The notes: generated from the sequence alone by a model not told the origin. A stretch of DNA of 64,000 bases from an uncultured cyanobacterium (GCA_963793425.1 CAWCAG010000005.1:160001-224000); one strand, 5' to 3'; shown: positions 31,801 through 42,114, counted from the first letter of the stretch. Numbers and translations: made by a program.

Positions 31801-34275
31801 CACCTAAAATGTAAAACTTATTACCTTTTTAATAGTATGGTTCGTCACCTTAAAGAGCCATTAAAGAAGACGGGTGATGCCTTACTAGAAGGTATAACTA
31901 TAGGCTTAGAAACTGGAGATATAGAGTATGTAGGTTATTCCTCAGTTACTTACGTCAATACTTTGTTTTTGTCTGGGGAAAAACTTCCCTTTGTATCTAA
32001 AAAAATAGATGATTATATTGATCTAAATAAGAATATCAACTTTGCTAGTATGACTTCATGCTTACAAATACTTAAGCAGAATATAACTACTCTAGCTGAT
32101 GAAAAAGCCGATTTAGTAAAAAAGTCATTTCAACAAGATGATCTGCAAACAAACTTGCCTCCTGAGCAAAATCATAACGCATTTATCCTCAGTACTATTT
32201 ATATTGGTCAGGTTTTACTCAACTATTTGGAGCGAAATTATTGTCAAGCTATCGAACTAGCTATTTCAATAGAAAAACTTGGTAATGATATCCCTAGATT
32301 TTATTGGTTTTGCTTGAATAACTTATATTATAGTTTAGCATTGTTAGCTGAATATAAGCATCAGGATAAAACAAGACAAAAGCAAACCAAGAAAAAAGTA
32401 AATTCTCTCCAACAAGAAATGAAAAAATGGGGACATCATGCCCCAAGTAATTATCAACATAAATATGATTTAGTTGAAGCAGAAAAAGCCAGAGTATTAG
32501 GTCAAGAGCTTAAAGCAATGACTTACTATGACTTAGCTATTAAAGGAGCAGGAGAGCATGGCTATTTACAAGAAAAAGCCATAGCTAATGAGCTAGCAGG
32601 AGAATTCCACCTAGAAAGAGGGCGGGCTAAAGTAGCCCAAGCTTATTTAATAGATGCTTATCATTGTTATTTAAGTTGGGGAGCTAATGCTAAAGTAAAA
32701 GATTTAGAAAGCAGATATTATTCTTTGTTAGAGCAAGTTATCTCTTTAGAAAAGTCTCAAGATCCAACTATTCGTACTACGAGAGACTCAACTACAGGGG
32801 CTACTTTAGCCTCCTTAGATTTATCTACAGTCCTTAAAGCCTCGCAAACTATCTCTGAAGAATTAGCTTTAGATAATTTACTGACTAATTTAGTTAAGAT
32901 TTTAATGGAAAATGCTGGAGCGCAGAAAGCTCTATTCTTATTAAATAAACAAGGTAAGTTAGTATTAGCAGCTAAAGGATCAACAGAAACAGAACAAGTT
33001 AATGTATTACCTTTCATTACCGTTGAAGAACAGCTAGGCTTGCCCCTTAGTATAATTAACTACGTTCAAAGCACAAAGGAAAATGTGGTTTTGAGTAATG
33101 CCACCTCAGAAGGATTATTTTCTAATTCAAATTATGTACGAGAAAACAAACCAAAATCTATTTTGTGCTTACCTGTACTCAATCAAGGCAAATTGACAGG
33201 AATTTTATATTTAGAAAACAAAATTACTCAAGGTGCATTTACTAAAAATCGCTTAGAATTACTAAAGCTTTTAACTTCCCAAGTTGCTATTTCTATAGAA
33301 AATGCCTTACTCTATGATAATTTAACCGTAGCTAACTCTCAATTAGAAGAGTATAGTCATAATTTAGAACAAAAGGTACAGGAAAGAACTCAACAGATAG
33401 AAGAAAAAAATGAGTGCTTACACCAAACTTTGCAAGAATTAAGAAGTACCCAAACCCAGCTAATTCAAACGGAAAAAATGTCTAGCTTAGGACAGATGGT
33501 AGCTGGGGTAGCTCATGAAATAAATAATCCCGTCAATTTTATTTATGGTAATCTTATTCATACCAGCAACTATATAAAAGAGTTGCTAGATTTAGTAAAA
33601 ATTTATCAACAAGAATACCCACAACCCACAACTAAAATCAAAAAAGCCATCGAGACAATAGAACTCGATTTTCTGGTTGAAGACTTATTAAAAATGCTCA
33701 AATCCATGAAGTTAGGTAGCGATCGCATCCGCGAAATCGTCCTTAGCTTGCGTAACTTTTCGAGATTAGATGAGGTAGATATCAAAACTGTTGATTTACA
33801 CGAAGGAATTGATAATACTCTCTTGCTGTTACAGCATAGAACTAAAAAGAGTTCGGTTCACCCTGAAATTAAAATAGAGAAAAATTATGGTGACTTGCCT
33901 GCTATAGACTGTTATCCTGGACAGTTGAATCAAGTTTTCATGAATCTTTTTTGTAATGCTCTAGATGCTCTAAACTTAGAAACTAGAGATTGGCATGGGG
34001 AGTCACCTAAAATTTCTATTACTACAGCAATCAAAGATCATAACTGGGTAACTGTCTGCATTGCTGATAATGGTAGCGGTATAACAGAGTCAGCTAAATC
34101 CAAGCTTTTTGACCCCTTTTTCACTACCAAACCTGTAGGTAAGGGTACAGGTTTAGGATTATCAATTAGCTATGATATAGTAGTAGAAAAACATCGAGGT
34201 AGTTTACTTTGTAATTCTACAGTAGGACAAGGAACAGAGTTTACTATTGTTTTACCGATGCGACAGATAAAGTAA
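28831..34275 (+). CDS. Ser/Thr protein kinase - AAA/STAND ATPase - GAF - histidine kinase
   Basis: HKDIKPANI, DFG, YMSPEQTGRMNR; GYSGIGKT, LDDLQWAD; GAF; AHEINNP; GTGLG. Confidence 0.96.
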   Translation: MIAIPGYEINSLLEEGTSTIIYRGTKISTARPIIIKVLKKEYPSLEEITSLKYEYEIHQSLPITGVVQALSLEPYQNSFALILEDFSGQDIEDFLQQKQINIQEFLKLAIQIVGIIGEIHQYQVIHKDIKPANIIINSRTGELKITDFGIASRLARENPTVNNFNLIEGTLAYMSPEQTGRMNRVLDYRSDYYSLGVTFYEILIGQLPFTTNDPLELVHCHIAKQPLPPTRMNPEIPQGISDIVMKLLAKTAEARYQSALGLKYDLEYCLSQLETTGYIPVFNVGVRDLSGQLLIPQKLYGREEEIISLVESFRRVSQGATEMTVVSGYSGIGKTSVVNEIHKPVLAHKGYFFSGKFEKFKGDIPYTALIQAFSKLIQQLLTEGAERIAIWKQKLLNALGNNSQVIIEVIPEVQLVLGEQPKLAELPPSEEKNRFNRVFKEFIHVFTKAEHPLVLFLDDLQWADLASLKLIKLLMKDAQSQYLLLIGAYRSNEVSPIHPLMTTLEEISDENTVINKIDLEPLSLKDVRELLQDTLQESKNSQSLGQLLYNRTGGNPFFLNQIIQTLEKEKLLTFDFAKGSWHWNLEEIQKIGITNQNVVELVASNLKKLPKATQEALKLAACIGNQFSLEVLSIVNGTSFQDIAANLWEAVQAGVVSPLDERYKILLSLQKKDNISKKEINDFHIEYKFIHDRIQQAAYSLISLEDKQNLHQTIGKILLENTPQEELEKNIFDIVNQLNINAYLVRDLDKRYELANLNLIAGRKAKTANAYEPAMSYFQVGINLLAADSWTTHYQLTLDIYTETTEVSYLIGDFEQSKQLANSTIAKAKSILEQVKVYDIKIQAYIAQNLLSQAFTIGVEVVGKLGVNLPENPSNFDIFVSLTKTKFLLLNKKIDKLVDLPEMTDAKKLAAMSILNTITPATAQANSFYFPLIISTIIQLSVKYGNSAGSAFGGYVGYGSMLCSNLIGDIETGYIFGCLGLKILDKYNATHLKCKTYYLFNSMVRHLKEPLKKTGDALLEGITIGLETGDIEYVGYSSVTYVNTLFLSGEKLPFVSKKIDDYIDLNKNINFASMTSCLQILKQNITTLADEKADLVKKSFQQDDLQTNLPPEQNHNAFILSTIYIGQVLLNYLERNYCQAIELAISIEKLGNDIPRFYWFCLNNLYYSLALLAEYKHQDKTRQKQTKKKVNSLQQEMKKWGHHAPSNYQHKYDLVEAEKARVLGQELKAMTYYDLAIKGAGEHGYLQEKAIANELAGEFHLERGRAKVAQAYLIDAYHCYLSWGANAKVKDLESRYYSLLEQVISLEKSQDPTIRTTRDSTTGATLASLDLSTVLKASQTISEELALDNLLTNLVKILMENAGAQKALFLLNKQGKLVLAAKGSTETEQVNVLPFITVEEQLGLPLSIINYVQSTKENVVLSNATSEGLFSNSNYVRENKPKSILCLPVLNQGKLTGILYLENKITQGAFTKNRLELLKLLTSQVAISIENALLYDNLTVANSQLEEYSHNLEQKVQERTQQIEEKNECLHQTLQELRSTQTQLIQTEKMSSLGQMVAGVAHEINNPVNFIYGNLIHTSNYIKELLDLVKIYQQEYPQPTTKIKKAIETIELDFLVEDLLKMLKSMKLGSDRIREIVLSLRNFSRLDEVDIKTVDLHEGIDNTLLLLQHRTKKSSVHPEIKIEKNYGDLPAIDCYPGQLNQVFMNLFCNALDALNLETRDWHGESPKISITTAIKDHNWVTVCIADNGSGITESAKSKLFDPFFTTKPVGKGTGLGLSISYDIVVEKHRGSLLCNSTVGQGTEFTIVLPMRQIK

Positions 34276-34331
34276 GAGAATGTAATTATCAACTGATGCA
34301 CGTTACGTCGAGGCGTTGTCATACTGAATTG

Positions 34332-34979
34332 TCAATCATCAAACAATCCTTTCTCATCAAGAAGAGGATAACTTGTGCCTTCTTGTTGATGCCTAGCAGC
34401 TATTTGTGGATAGCCCCACTCGAATAAAACTCGTTCATAGGTTTGCGAATCTAATTGCACTTTATCATATAAACCGGCTTGTAAACGCTGACGTTGCACC
34501 TCAAATAAAATAACCGCAGCAGCTACAGAAACATTTAAAGATTGCACCATACCTACCATCGGAATAATAATTTCCTTGTCAACTAAATTAACTGCTTCTT
34601 CACTCACTCCCCATCGTTCTGAACCCATTAAAATTGCTGTAGGTTGAGTATAATCTAACTTGCGGTAATCAACGGAGCGATCGCTAAGATGGGCAGCATA
34701 AATATGAAAACCTTTGTCCTTAAGATGCTTAATAGAGTCACCTATGCTGTCATGTAAATGTAAATTAATCCACTTTTCGCTGCCCCTCGCTGTACTATTG
34801 TAAGTAGGCATTTCGTGATCGCGATTAACTACATGGGCTTCAAATACTCCCACAGCATCGCAAGTGCGGAGAATAGCCGAAAAGTTGTGGGGTTTATGAA
34901 CATTTTCCATCAAAACAGCTAAATCTGGCTGCCGTTTATTTAATACTTGTCTGAGTTTTTGATAGCGTCTGGGAATCAC
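34332..34979 (-). CDS. trmH: tRNA (guanosine-18 2'-O)-methyltransferase
   Basis: HKPHNFSAILRTCDAVG, GSERWG, IPMVGMVQSLNVSVA. Confidence 0.95.
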   Translation of the reverse strand: MIPRRYQKLRQVLNKRQPDLAVLMENVHKPHNFSAILRTCDAVGVFEAHVVNRDHEMPTYNSTARGSEKWINLHLHDSIGDSIKHLKDKGFHIYAAHLSDRSVDYRKLDYTQPTAILMGSERWGVSEEAVNLVDKEIIIPMVGMVQSLNVSVAAAVILFEVQRQRLQAGLYDKVQLDSQTYERVLFEWGYPQIAARHQQEGTSYPLLDEKGLFDD

Positions 34980-34997
34980 AGTTTTTTGTCTGAAAAA

Positions 34998-35885
34998 TCA
35001 AAGCCATTTCTTAATAACTTGGGAAGTGATTTCGGGTTGTTCTAAATGAGGAACGTGTCCACATTCTTTAACCCATTCAAGCTGACTATTGATAATTGCT
35101 TGTTGAAATTTAGGGGCAACTTTTGTACCGAGAATGCGATCATTTTCACCCCAAATAATTAAACTGGGTTGTTGGATTTGCCCTAGCTGCTTGAGAAAAG
35201 AACCATAACCACCGCTTTTCGTAAAAGCAATTAAAGCCTGGTCCCAGTTAGCAGATTTTAGGTGCAAAGCCCCACAAAGATAGGCATCTTGGTTAGCTAA
35301 ATTTTTATTGTAATATGCTGAACGACTAATACCTTGCCTCACCTTGGGGTTGCGTAAAAATTCCGTTGCCCAAATATCCAAAGGAGGAAACATCAACTTC
35401 CCCAACAAAGGGGGGTTAGCCAAGCCGGCACTATCCAATAATACTAACCTCTCAACTACTTCTGGGTAGGTAAGAGTAAAATCAAGGGCTGCTGCCCCTC
35501 CCATAGATGCCCCCAGCAGAATTACTGGCTGGCGAATCTCTTGCTTCCAGAAGCAATAAAGGTGAGTTTTAATCGCTTCTGGACTAAAAGATAAACCCCT
35601 CATCCTTTCTGTGAAACCAAATCCCCACAAATCCACAGCCCAGGTTTCTTGATTCTCCCCCAGCAAAGGTAACAAGCGGCGAAATTCCAACACTGAACTA
35701 TCAAAACCATGGAGCAAAAGTATTGGTGTTTGACCATTTCCTTGCTGGGTATAAGTTGTCAGGATAGATTGTGAGGTTAAGGGAGTGGCAACAGAGGTTT
35801 GTTGAATCTTTTTTACTAAACCAATAGAAGTTGCTTCTGTCAGGTTAGCAACTTCAGGAGGGAGGAAACTAGGGAACATAGGCAA
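34998..35885 (-). CDS. Alpha/beta fold hydrolase
   Basis: LLHGFDSS, GASMGG nucleophile elbow, GHVPHLE. Confidence 0.92.
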   Translation of the reverse strand: MPMFPSFLPPEVANLTEATSIGLVKKIQQTSVATPLTSQSILTTYTQQGNGQTPILLLHGFDSSVLEFRRLLPLLGENQETWAVDLWGFGFTERMRGLSFSPEAIKTHLYCFWKQEIRQPVILLGASMGGAAALDFTLTYPEVVERLVLLDSAGLANPPLLGKLMFPPLDIWATEFLRNPKVRQGISRSAYYNKNLANQDAYLCGALHLKSANWDQALIAFTKSGGYGSFLKQLGQIQQPSLIIWGENDRILGTKVAPKFQQAIINSQLEWVKECGHVPHLEQPEITSQVIKKWL

Positions 35886-35890
35886 GGTAC

Positions 35891-36742
35891 TTAATCCTCT
35901 AAGCCTTGAATATTTCCTAAATTAAAGAGGAAAGGTACACCACCTGGAGAGTCACTTCCTGAAACCAAAACTTTGGGCATTTGCGAACCACCTTGTCGCC
36001 AGGCTTCAATAGCTTCTTTTTGTAACACTAACTGCCCACCTTGGGCTTTGAGGGTTTCCGCTAATAATCGTTGTGCTTCTGCCCTACCTTTAGCGCGGTT
36101 AATATCTGCTTGTGCCTGTTGTTCTGCTTCTTTAGCAACATAAACAGCCCGGCGAGCCTTCTGTTCAGCAATTTGCTTATCTTCGACCGCTTTAGCAAAC
36201 TCTGGGGAGAAGTTCAAATCAACCACACTGGTATCAAGCACAATAATACCGTACTTTTTCAAGCGCTCTCCCAAGGCTTCATCAAAATCCTGCTTCAGTT
36301 CGCTTCTTTTGGTAATTGCTTCTTCTACAGTCCTTCTTGCTGCAGCAATTTTAAAAGATTCTTGAGTTTGGGGGGCAATAATTTTAGAAACAATATTAGC
36401 CAAAGTTCCTTGTTTCCTCCTAATTTCCACTACCCTACTAGGATCAAGGCGAAAGTTAATCGCAAACCTAGCAGAGAGGTTTTGCAGATCCTTAGTAGAA
36501 CTCTCAGCAGGAACCTCAAACTTTTGTACAGTTAGATCATAAATATCAACATTAGAAACCAATGGAGGGCGAACGTGAATACCTTCTAATAAGGCCCCAT
36601 CCCTGGCTTTACCCAAAATGCTAATCACTCCTGCTTGTCCTGGGTTAATAATTACAAAAGAATTAAAACTGATGAGAATAATTAATGCGGCAATAATACC
36701 ACCAACTAACGGTTGCCAGTTCTGTGAAGTTTGACTTCTCAA
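35891..36742 (-). CDS. Prohibitin/SPFH (band 7) family protein
   Basis: N-terminal TM helix, STKDLQ, FAKAVEDKQIAEQ; ORF track start 36799, AGGAG favours TTG 36742. Confidence 0.92.
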   Translation of the reverse strand: MRSQTSQNWQPLVGGIIAALIILISFNSFVIINPGQAGVISILGKARDGALLEGIHVRPPLVSNVDIYDLTVQKFEVPAESSTKDLQNLSARFAINFRLDPSRVVEIRRKQGTLANIVSKIIAPQTQESFKIAAARRTVEEAITKRSELKQDFDEALGERLKKYGIIVLDTSVVDLNFSPEFAKAVEDKQIAEQKARRAVYVAKEAEQQAQADINRAKGRAEAQRLLAETLKAQGGQLVLQKEAIEAWRQGGSQMPKVLVSGSDSPGGVPFLFNLGNIQGLED

Positions 36743-37336
36743 GTATCTATCTCCTAAATTGTTATCTTTCTTTACTATGGGAGTGTATTTTCCCATCAAA
36801 GATTACATCTAGATTCAGCATAAAGTGATTCTGGTTCAACCACAATATACTTAACTATTCGAGAATCGTCTTGAGCAACTCAGAAATGATTTCCTTCGCA
36901 ATTCAGGAAAAATGGCTCTATTATTAGAGGAAAATCGCCTTTTTAGACTTTAAAATTTAAAAAGGTGAGTAGGGATAGGAAGAATCAACTTCATTGATAT
37001 AGCTTTATCCTCTCGATTTAGCAGCAAATATCGCCTACCATCGAGATGATTAACCTATATTTTTCAGTTTCCTAGAGGTACTAACCACTCAATCACTTGA
37101 ATGGCTGACACGGAAGACCCATCTACTTAATTAAATTTGTGCATGAAAACTAACTACTTTTGAAAGCAGAAATTTTGTTTCTTGGTAGTTATTCTAGGGG
37201 TTGGGGGCATACTTTAATATACCTGTACCTCATTGTAAGGAGAGAGTGTTTGCGCCTAGGTTTGTGCAAATGTTTGATTTAGTCTAGAAATTGTATACGA
37301 ATGAGAAATTAGGGTAAAGATCGGGATTCATAAATA

Positions 37337-39646
37337 ATGGCAAGGCGATCGCTAAAAGCTTCTTCAGAAGGCATTAGAAAGGCAAAACAAGCATTTGAAC
37401 GTAAATGCTGGACTCAAGAATATCTAGCAGAAACCGTTGGCTTGCAAACTCGCCAACCGATTTGGAAGTTCTTTTCTGGCAAGCCAGTAGACCGTAATGT
37501 GTTTGCTGAGATTTGTTTTCAATTAGACTTAGAATTGGAAGAGATTGTTGCAATACCTAATTTTGCTCAAACTGCGGTAGAGAAAGTAGCTGAAGTAAAA
37601 AATGCTGAAACTGATGCTCTCAATGACTTAATAGCTAAAGTACGCTCAGAGCGAAAGGGCAAGATTCAAGATCAGTGCGGAACTCTCCGTTTATTAGATA
37701 TTGCTCGGCCCATAGAAATTGATGATCTTTATGTCAATGTTAATATCCTTGAAGAAATTACTAGCCAAAGATGGTTACAAATTTCTGATCTCCAAGGTTT
37801 CCAACCAGAAGAATTTGATCGCCTGGGTTTAGGGAAAATGCGCCAGTCTGGAGTCCCCGGACTAGAAGCTGTCAGGAAAAACCCCAAATTAATGGTTTTG
37901 GGTAAGCCGGGGGCAGGCAAAACCACCTTTTTACAATACATCGCCATTCAATGTAACCAAGGCCAATTTCTCCCTAAGCAAGTTCCTGTTTTCATCCGCC
38001 TGAAAAACTTTGCTGAAGATGCTAGCGATGAAGATAACTTTAGTTTTTTAGATTATCTCCAAGTTCAATTTGGTGTTTACGACGTTACCCCAGAGCAAGT
38101 TAAAAATTTGCTTCAGGAAGGAAAAGTGCTACTTCTTCTTGATGGCTTAGATGAAGTACCAGAAAATGCTAGCGACGAAGTTATTAAACAAATTCGTAAA
38201 TTCTCCGAAAGATATTATCAAAATAACTTAATTATTACTTGTCGTATAGCAGCCCAAGAGTATCGCTTCCAGGGCTTTACAGAAGTAGAAATTGCTGACT
38301 TTAGCCCGGAACAAGTAGAAGCTTTTGTCCAAAAGTGGTTTGTTACCGTCGTTCGTAATTCTCAAGATTTAGGTAGTAAAAAAGCCAACGCTTTCTTAGA
38401 AGAGCTTAATTTACCCGGAAATCGTCAAATCAGAGAACTAGCAGTAACTCCCATCCTCCTCAATTTAACCTGCTTAGTTTTCCAAGCCAAAGGTGAATTA
38501 AGTTCTCATCGTTCTGATTTATATCGCCAAGGTTTAGATTTATTACTCGTTCGTTGGGATGAAACCAGAGGCATAAAAAGGGATGCGGTTTATCGTAACT
38601 TATCTTTACCCGACAAACTCAAATTGCTCAGCCAACTTGCGGCGATTACCTTTGAACAAGGAGATTACTTTTTTGAAGCCAACAAAGTTCAACAACTGAT
38701 TGCTGATTATTTACTTACCTTACCCAATGCTCAAACTGACCCAGTAGCCCTTTCCTTTGATAGTTCCGCTGCCCTTAAAGCCATCGAAGCTCAACATGGC
38801 TTATTAATTGAACGGGCCCGTCATATTTACTCTTTTTCTCATTTAACCTTCCAGGAGTATTTTACAGCCAGGAAAATTGCCAACAGCACCGAAGAAGAAA
38901 GCTTAGAAGAATTAATTACCCACTTAAATGAAAAGCGTTGGCGAGAAGTATTTTTGCTAACCACAGAGATGTTACCTGATGCCAGTCTTCTGTTGAAGGC
39001 GATGAAACAGAAAGCCGATACTAATTTAGCTGGGGAAGCAGCTTGGCAAGAATTTTTCCAGTGGCTAGAAAATAAATTTTCCTCTGTCGATACCCCTTAT
39101 CACCCCGCCGCAGTCCGGGCTTTTTACTTAGTTCTTGCCCTTCCTGCGGATCATTCCTTTAACCGCAATCAATCTTTAGCTTTGGCTTTGGATAGTAACA
39201 TAGCTGGGGAACGCTCTGGAGATTTGCCTTTAGACTTAGCCCTTGCCAACCTTTGTTCGGTGGTTCAAAGTTTAACACCGGCTTTAATTTATAATCGTTT
39301 TTCTTCTTTAGAACTGGCCCTTGATTTGAACCAACTCCTTACCGATCAACCAATTTTGCAAAAAGGGATTGAGGGTTTGAGAAAGCAAGTCCCTGATAAG
39401 TCTCAAGGTAAGGAAATTCTCCAAAAATGGTGGCAAACTGAAGGGGAAGCTTGGTCAAATCAGTTAATTTCTCTAGTTAGGAAAAAGCGAAATCTTTGTC
39501 ACCAGTGGCATTTTAGCCTCAAGCAAAAACAGTTAATGGAGCAGTATTGCCAAGCAAATCAGCTACTTCTAGATTGTTTGAACAGTAGTTGTCAGCTCAC
39601 TGGTGAAGCCAAAAAAGAGATTGAGAAGAGTTTATTTTTAATTTAG
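37337..39646 (+). CDS. NACHT NTPase with N-terminal HTH and C-terminal helical domain
   Basis: WTQEYLAETVGL..RQPIWKF HTH; GKPGAGKTT; LLLDGLDE; ITCR; FSHLTFQEYF. Confidence 0.92.
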   Translation: MARRSLKASSEGIRKAKQAFERKCWTQEYLAETVGLQTRQPIWKFFSGKPVDRNVFAEICFQLDLELEEIVAIPNFAQTAVEKVAEVKNAETDALNDLIAKVRSERKGKIQDQCGTLRLLDIARPIEIDDLYVNVNILEEITSQRWLQISDLQGFQPEEFDRLGLGKMRQSGVPGLEAVRKNPKLMVLGKPGAGKTTFLQYIAIQCNQGQFLPKQVPVFIRLKNFAEDASDEDNFSFLDYLQVQFGVYDVTPEQVKNLLQEGKVLLLLDGLDEVPENASDEVIKQIRKFSERYYQNNLIITCRIAAQEYRFQGFTEVEIADFSPEQVEAFVQKWFVTVVRNSQDLGSKKANAFLEELNLPGNRQIRELAVTPILLNLTCLVFQAKGELSSHRSDLYRQGLDLLLVRWDETRGIKRDAVYRNLSLPDKLKLLSQLAAITFEQGDYFFEANKVQQLIADYLLTLPNAQTDPVALSFDSSAALKAIEAQHGLLIERARHIYSFSHLTFQEYFTARKIANSTEEESLEELITHLNEKRWREVFLLTTEMLPDASLLLKAMKQKADTNLAGEAAWQEFFQWLENKFSSVDTPYHPAAVRAFYLVLALPADHSFNRNQSLALALDSNIAGERSGDLPLDLALANLCSVVQSLTPALIYNRFSSLELALDLNQLLTDQPILQKGIEGLRKQVPDKSQGKEILQKWWQTEGEAWSNQLISLVRKKRNLCHQWHFSLKQKQLMEQYCQANQLLLDCLNSSCQLTGEAKKEIEKSLFLI

Positions 39647-39771
39647 CGGTTTGATAGGGCAAGAATTAATAACCATTGAAGTGCAAAATTTTCTCCTGGC
39701 TTTCCCCAAATCATGCTGTCTCTTAAAGAAGAATAGTTTATAAAGTATTCCTCTATTGAACAACTGGAATT

Positions 39772-40239
39772 ATGGAATTTGTTAACACCAAGCAAGCAGC
39801 AAAAATATTAAAGGTTACTCCGAGGCGTGTCGTCTACTTACTGCAACAAAAACGCATCACAGGGGCATATAAAATTAAGCGGGCTTGGGCAATTCCTTTA
39901 TATAAAGGCAAGCCGAAGATTTCTCGTGGCAAAAGAGGGCCGACTCCTCGTTGGGGTAAACCTCGCTCGGCGGTAACCATGATTCAGGTTTTCAGGCAAA
40001 AGATTGATGGCAACAAAAAGGATAATACCTTTAACCCAGTAATTAGCGTAGACAGACATGATCTTAATCGCTGTGGTCACGAAGCAAAAATAAAAGGCCC
40101 TTGCCGCATCATTTATAGTCCTCATAAATCAAACAAGCATGGGGCGAGATTGTGGATCGAAACTTATTCAGAAGTGGATGTGTTCGATTGGTCAACGACT
40201 TTACCGATTGATAAAAGTCTGGTAAAAAGTCCTTTGTAA
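39772..40239 (+). CDS. HTH DNA-binding protein with an uncharacterised C-terminal domain; paralog of 2846..3325
   Basis: 43 of the first 61 residues identical to the paralog; shared GHE...IIY.P.K...GA.LWI.TYS. Confidence 0.82.
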   Translation: MEFVNTKQAAKILKVTPRRVVYLLQQKRITGAYKIKRAWAIPLYKGKPKISRGKRGPTPRWGKPRSAVTMIQVFRQKIDGNKKDNTFNPVISVDRHDLNRCGHEAKIKGPCRIIYSPHKSNKHGARLWIETYSEVDVFDWSTTLPIDKSLVKSPL

Positions 40240-40300
40240 TATAGCTTTGGCTATTTTTTAGGGTAGGGAGTAGGGAGTAGGCCGCAAGGGTTAGAACAAA

Positions 40301-40332
40301 TAAAGGGGATCAGCTTAAGCTAATCCCCTTTA
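40301..40332. terminator. Hairpin between convergent genes
   Basis: TAAAGGGGAT...ATCCCCTTTA. Confidence 0.65.
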
Positions 40333-40375
40333 CCCCATAACTCAAAAAAAATGATTTGAGGTTAATTTAGTTGTT

Positions 40376-41104
40376 TTAATCTCTACCATTAATAGCAATT
40401 AACAGGCGGAGAATAAAGATGAACAAATTGATGTAAGTTAAATACATCGAAAGTGCTGCGGGGAGATACTGCTCATCTCTATAGGTACGGGGCAGAATAT
40501 AAAAATCAACCACCGCCAACCCAGCGAAAAGAAAGACACCAAGACCAGAAATAGCTACCTCTAACCAGCTTGGGGTATAGATACCAAAGAGGCTAAAAAG
40601 TAGTTGACCGATTAAAACTACAAATAGAGCAATTATGCCCAAGCTGACAGTTTTAGTTAGGGCCATACCATCTTCTTCTGAGAGGTTGGAACCAACTTGT
40701 CTAGCCGCTATGAAAGTTACGCCACAACCTAAAGCCGCAATACCGATACCGCCGATACCGACACCATTAGTTCGCAGGGCTACGAAAATCAAGCCACTGA
40801 GAGTATAGCCAGAAAGTAGGCTGTAAACGGCTAAAAGAGGTAAGGCTACGCTGTTGTTTCCTTTTTCAGCGACACCTCTAGCCACGAAAAAGAGAATTAA
40901 CTCGACAATCATCGCGCCGATGAAAGTTGGCATAAATAGTTCGGGGTAGCTTTTCATTACCCCCAAACCGCCATAGACTCCTACGGCTGTTAATACTAAT
41001 CCTCCACCTACAAAAGGCAAAGCATTGGCGATGACATTAGGGCCAACTAAAGATTGACCTCTAGCTTCTTTAATTGCATTGCGAAAGTTACTTGTACTGC
41101 TCAT
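40376..41104 (-). CDS. Bax inhibitor-1/YccA family membrane protein
   Basis: About 7 TM helices; AALSMYLTYINLFIFILRLL. Confidence 0.9.
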   Translation of the reverse strand: MSSTSNFRNAIKEARGQSLVGPNVIANALPFVGGGLVLTAVGVYGGLGVMKSYPELFMPTFIGAMIVELILFFVARGVAEKGNNSVALPLLAVYSLLSGYTLSGLIFVALRTNGVGIGGIGIAALGCGVTFIAARQVGSNLSEEDGMALTKTVSLGIIALFVVLIGQLLFSLFGIYTPSWLEVAISGLGVFLFAGLAVVDFYILPRTYRDEQYLPAALSMYLTYINLFIFILRLLIAINGRD

Positions 41105-41344
41105 AAAAATTTTTGGAGTGTTGAAAGGTTTCTCACTAAAGGAGTTACTTATGTTTCTATTTTATTACTTGTCTTAGGAATAGGGGTCTTTCTTCAGTGT
41201 ATATATTGATGCAGCAAAAAAAATGATTTAGTATTTCCGTAAAAAAACTATGGCATAACAGGTTGGTATCTGAAGAAAATGAATATAGACTCACTAATTT
41301 GCTCCCTACTATTTTTGGTCTGCCTTACTGAGATTCCTGTAATT

Positions 41345-42112
41345 ATGACAAATCAGTCTCTTCCCGTTCGCGGAATGGAACTTTTGATTGCTTACTCTCG
41401 TAACCCTTCCCTAAAAGTTCGGAATAAGTTAGTTCATTTAAACACTGGTTTAGTGCGGAAAGTTGCTCACAGAGTGAGTAAACAATGCCCTGAACCCTAC
41501 GAAGATTTAGAGCAAATTGGCTATCTTGGTTTAATTCGCGCTATTGAACGCTTCGATCCTGACCAAGGCTGTGCTTTTAGCTCCTTTGCTGTCCCTTATA
41601 TTCGCGGAGAAATGCTCCATTTTCTGCGGGATAAGAGCAGCACAGTAAGAATTCCTCGTCGCTGGCAAGAACTTTGTGCTAAGGCTAAGCGGTTGCGTAA
41701 GGAATTGACCCAAACTCTAGGGCGCTTGCCTCAAGACCACGAAATAGCCCAAGAATTGGGAGTATCCGTTGGTGAGTGGCGCGAATGCAAGCTAGCAGTA
41801 CAAAACCGTCTTTTGCTCAGTCTTGATGCGACTATTGGTCACTCAGCCAATTGTCCTGTCACCTTGGGGGAAACTTTACTCGACCCTGAATATCAATCTA
41901 AACAAACTTCCCAAGAAGATAAGCTGCACCTGCAAGGGGCATTAAGCCAGCTAGAAGAAAAAACCCAAGCAGCTATTGAGTTAGTGTTCTTGCGGGATTT
42001 ACCTCGTAAAGAGGCTGCCAAACGTATTGGCGTTAGTCCAATGACCGTAACGCGGCATATCCAAAAAGGTATCGACCGTTTAGGAGAATTACTAGAACCT
42101 CAAGCTGCTTAG
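41345..42112 (+). CDS. sigJ: Second SigF-group sigma factor (SigJ-like)
   Basis: LVRKVAHRVSKQCPEPYEDLEQIGYLGLIRAIERF, IRGEMLHFLRD, GVSPMTVTR; ORF track start 41279. Confidence 0.75.
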   Translation: MTNQSLPVRGMELLIAYSRNPSLKVRNKLVHLNTGLVRKVAHRVSKQCPEPYEDLEQIGYLGLIRAIERFDPDQGCAFSSFAVPYIRGEMLHFLRDKSSTVRIPRRWQELCAKAKRLRKELTQTLGRLPQDHEIAQELGVSVGEWRECKLAVQNRLLLSLDATIGHSANCPVTLGETLLDPEYQSKQTSQEDKLHLQGALSQLEEKTQAAIELVFLRDLPRKEAAKRIGVSPMTVTRHIQKGIDRLGELLEPQAA

Positions 42113-42114
42113 CA

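Noticed and set aside
36071..36535. 154-aa plus-strand ORF and other short ORFs overlapping core genes
   Set aside because: Antisense or out-of-frame to well-conserved genes with no independent support
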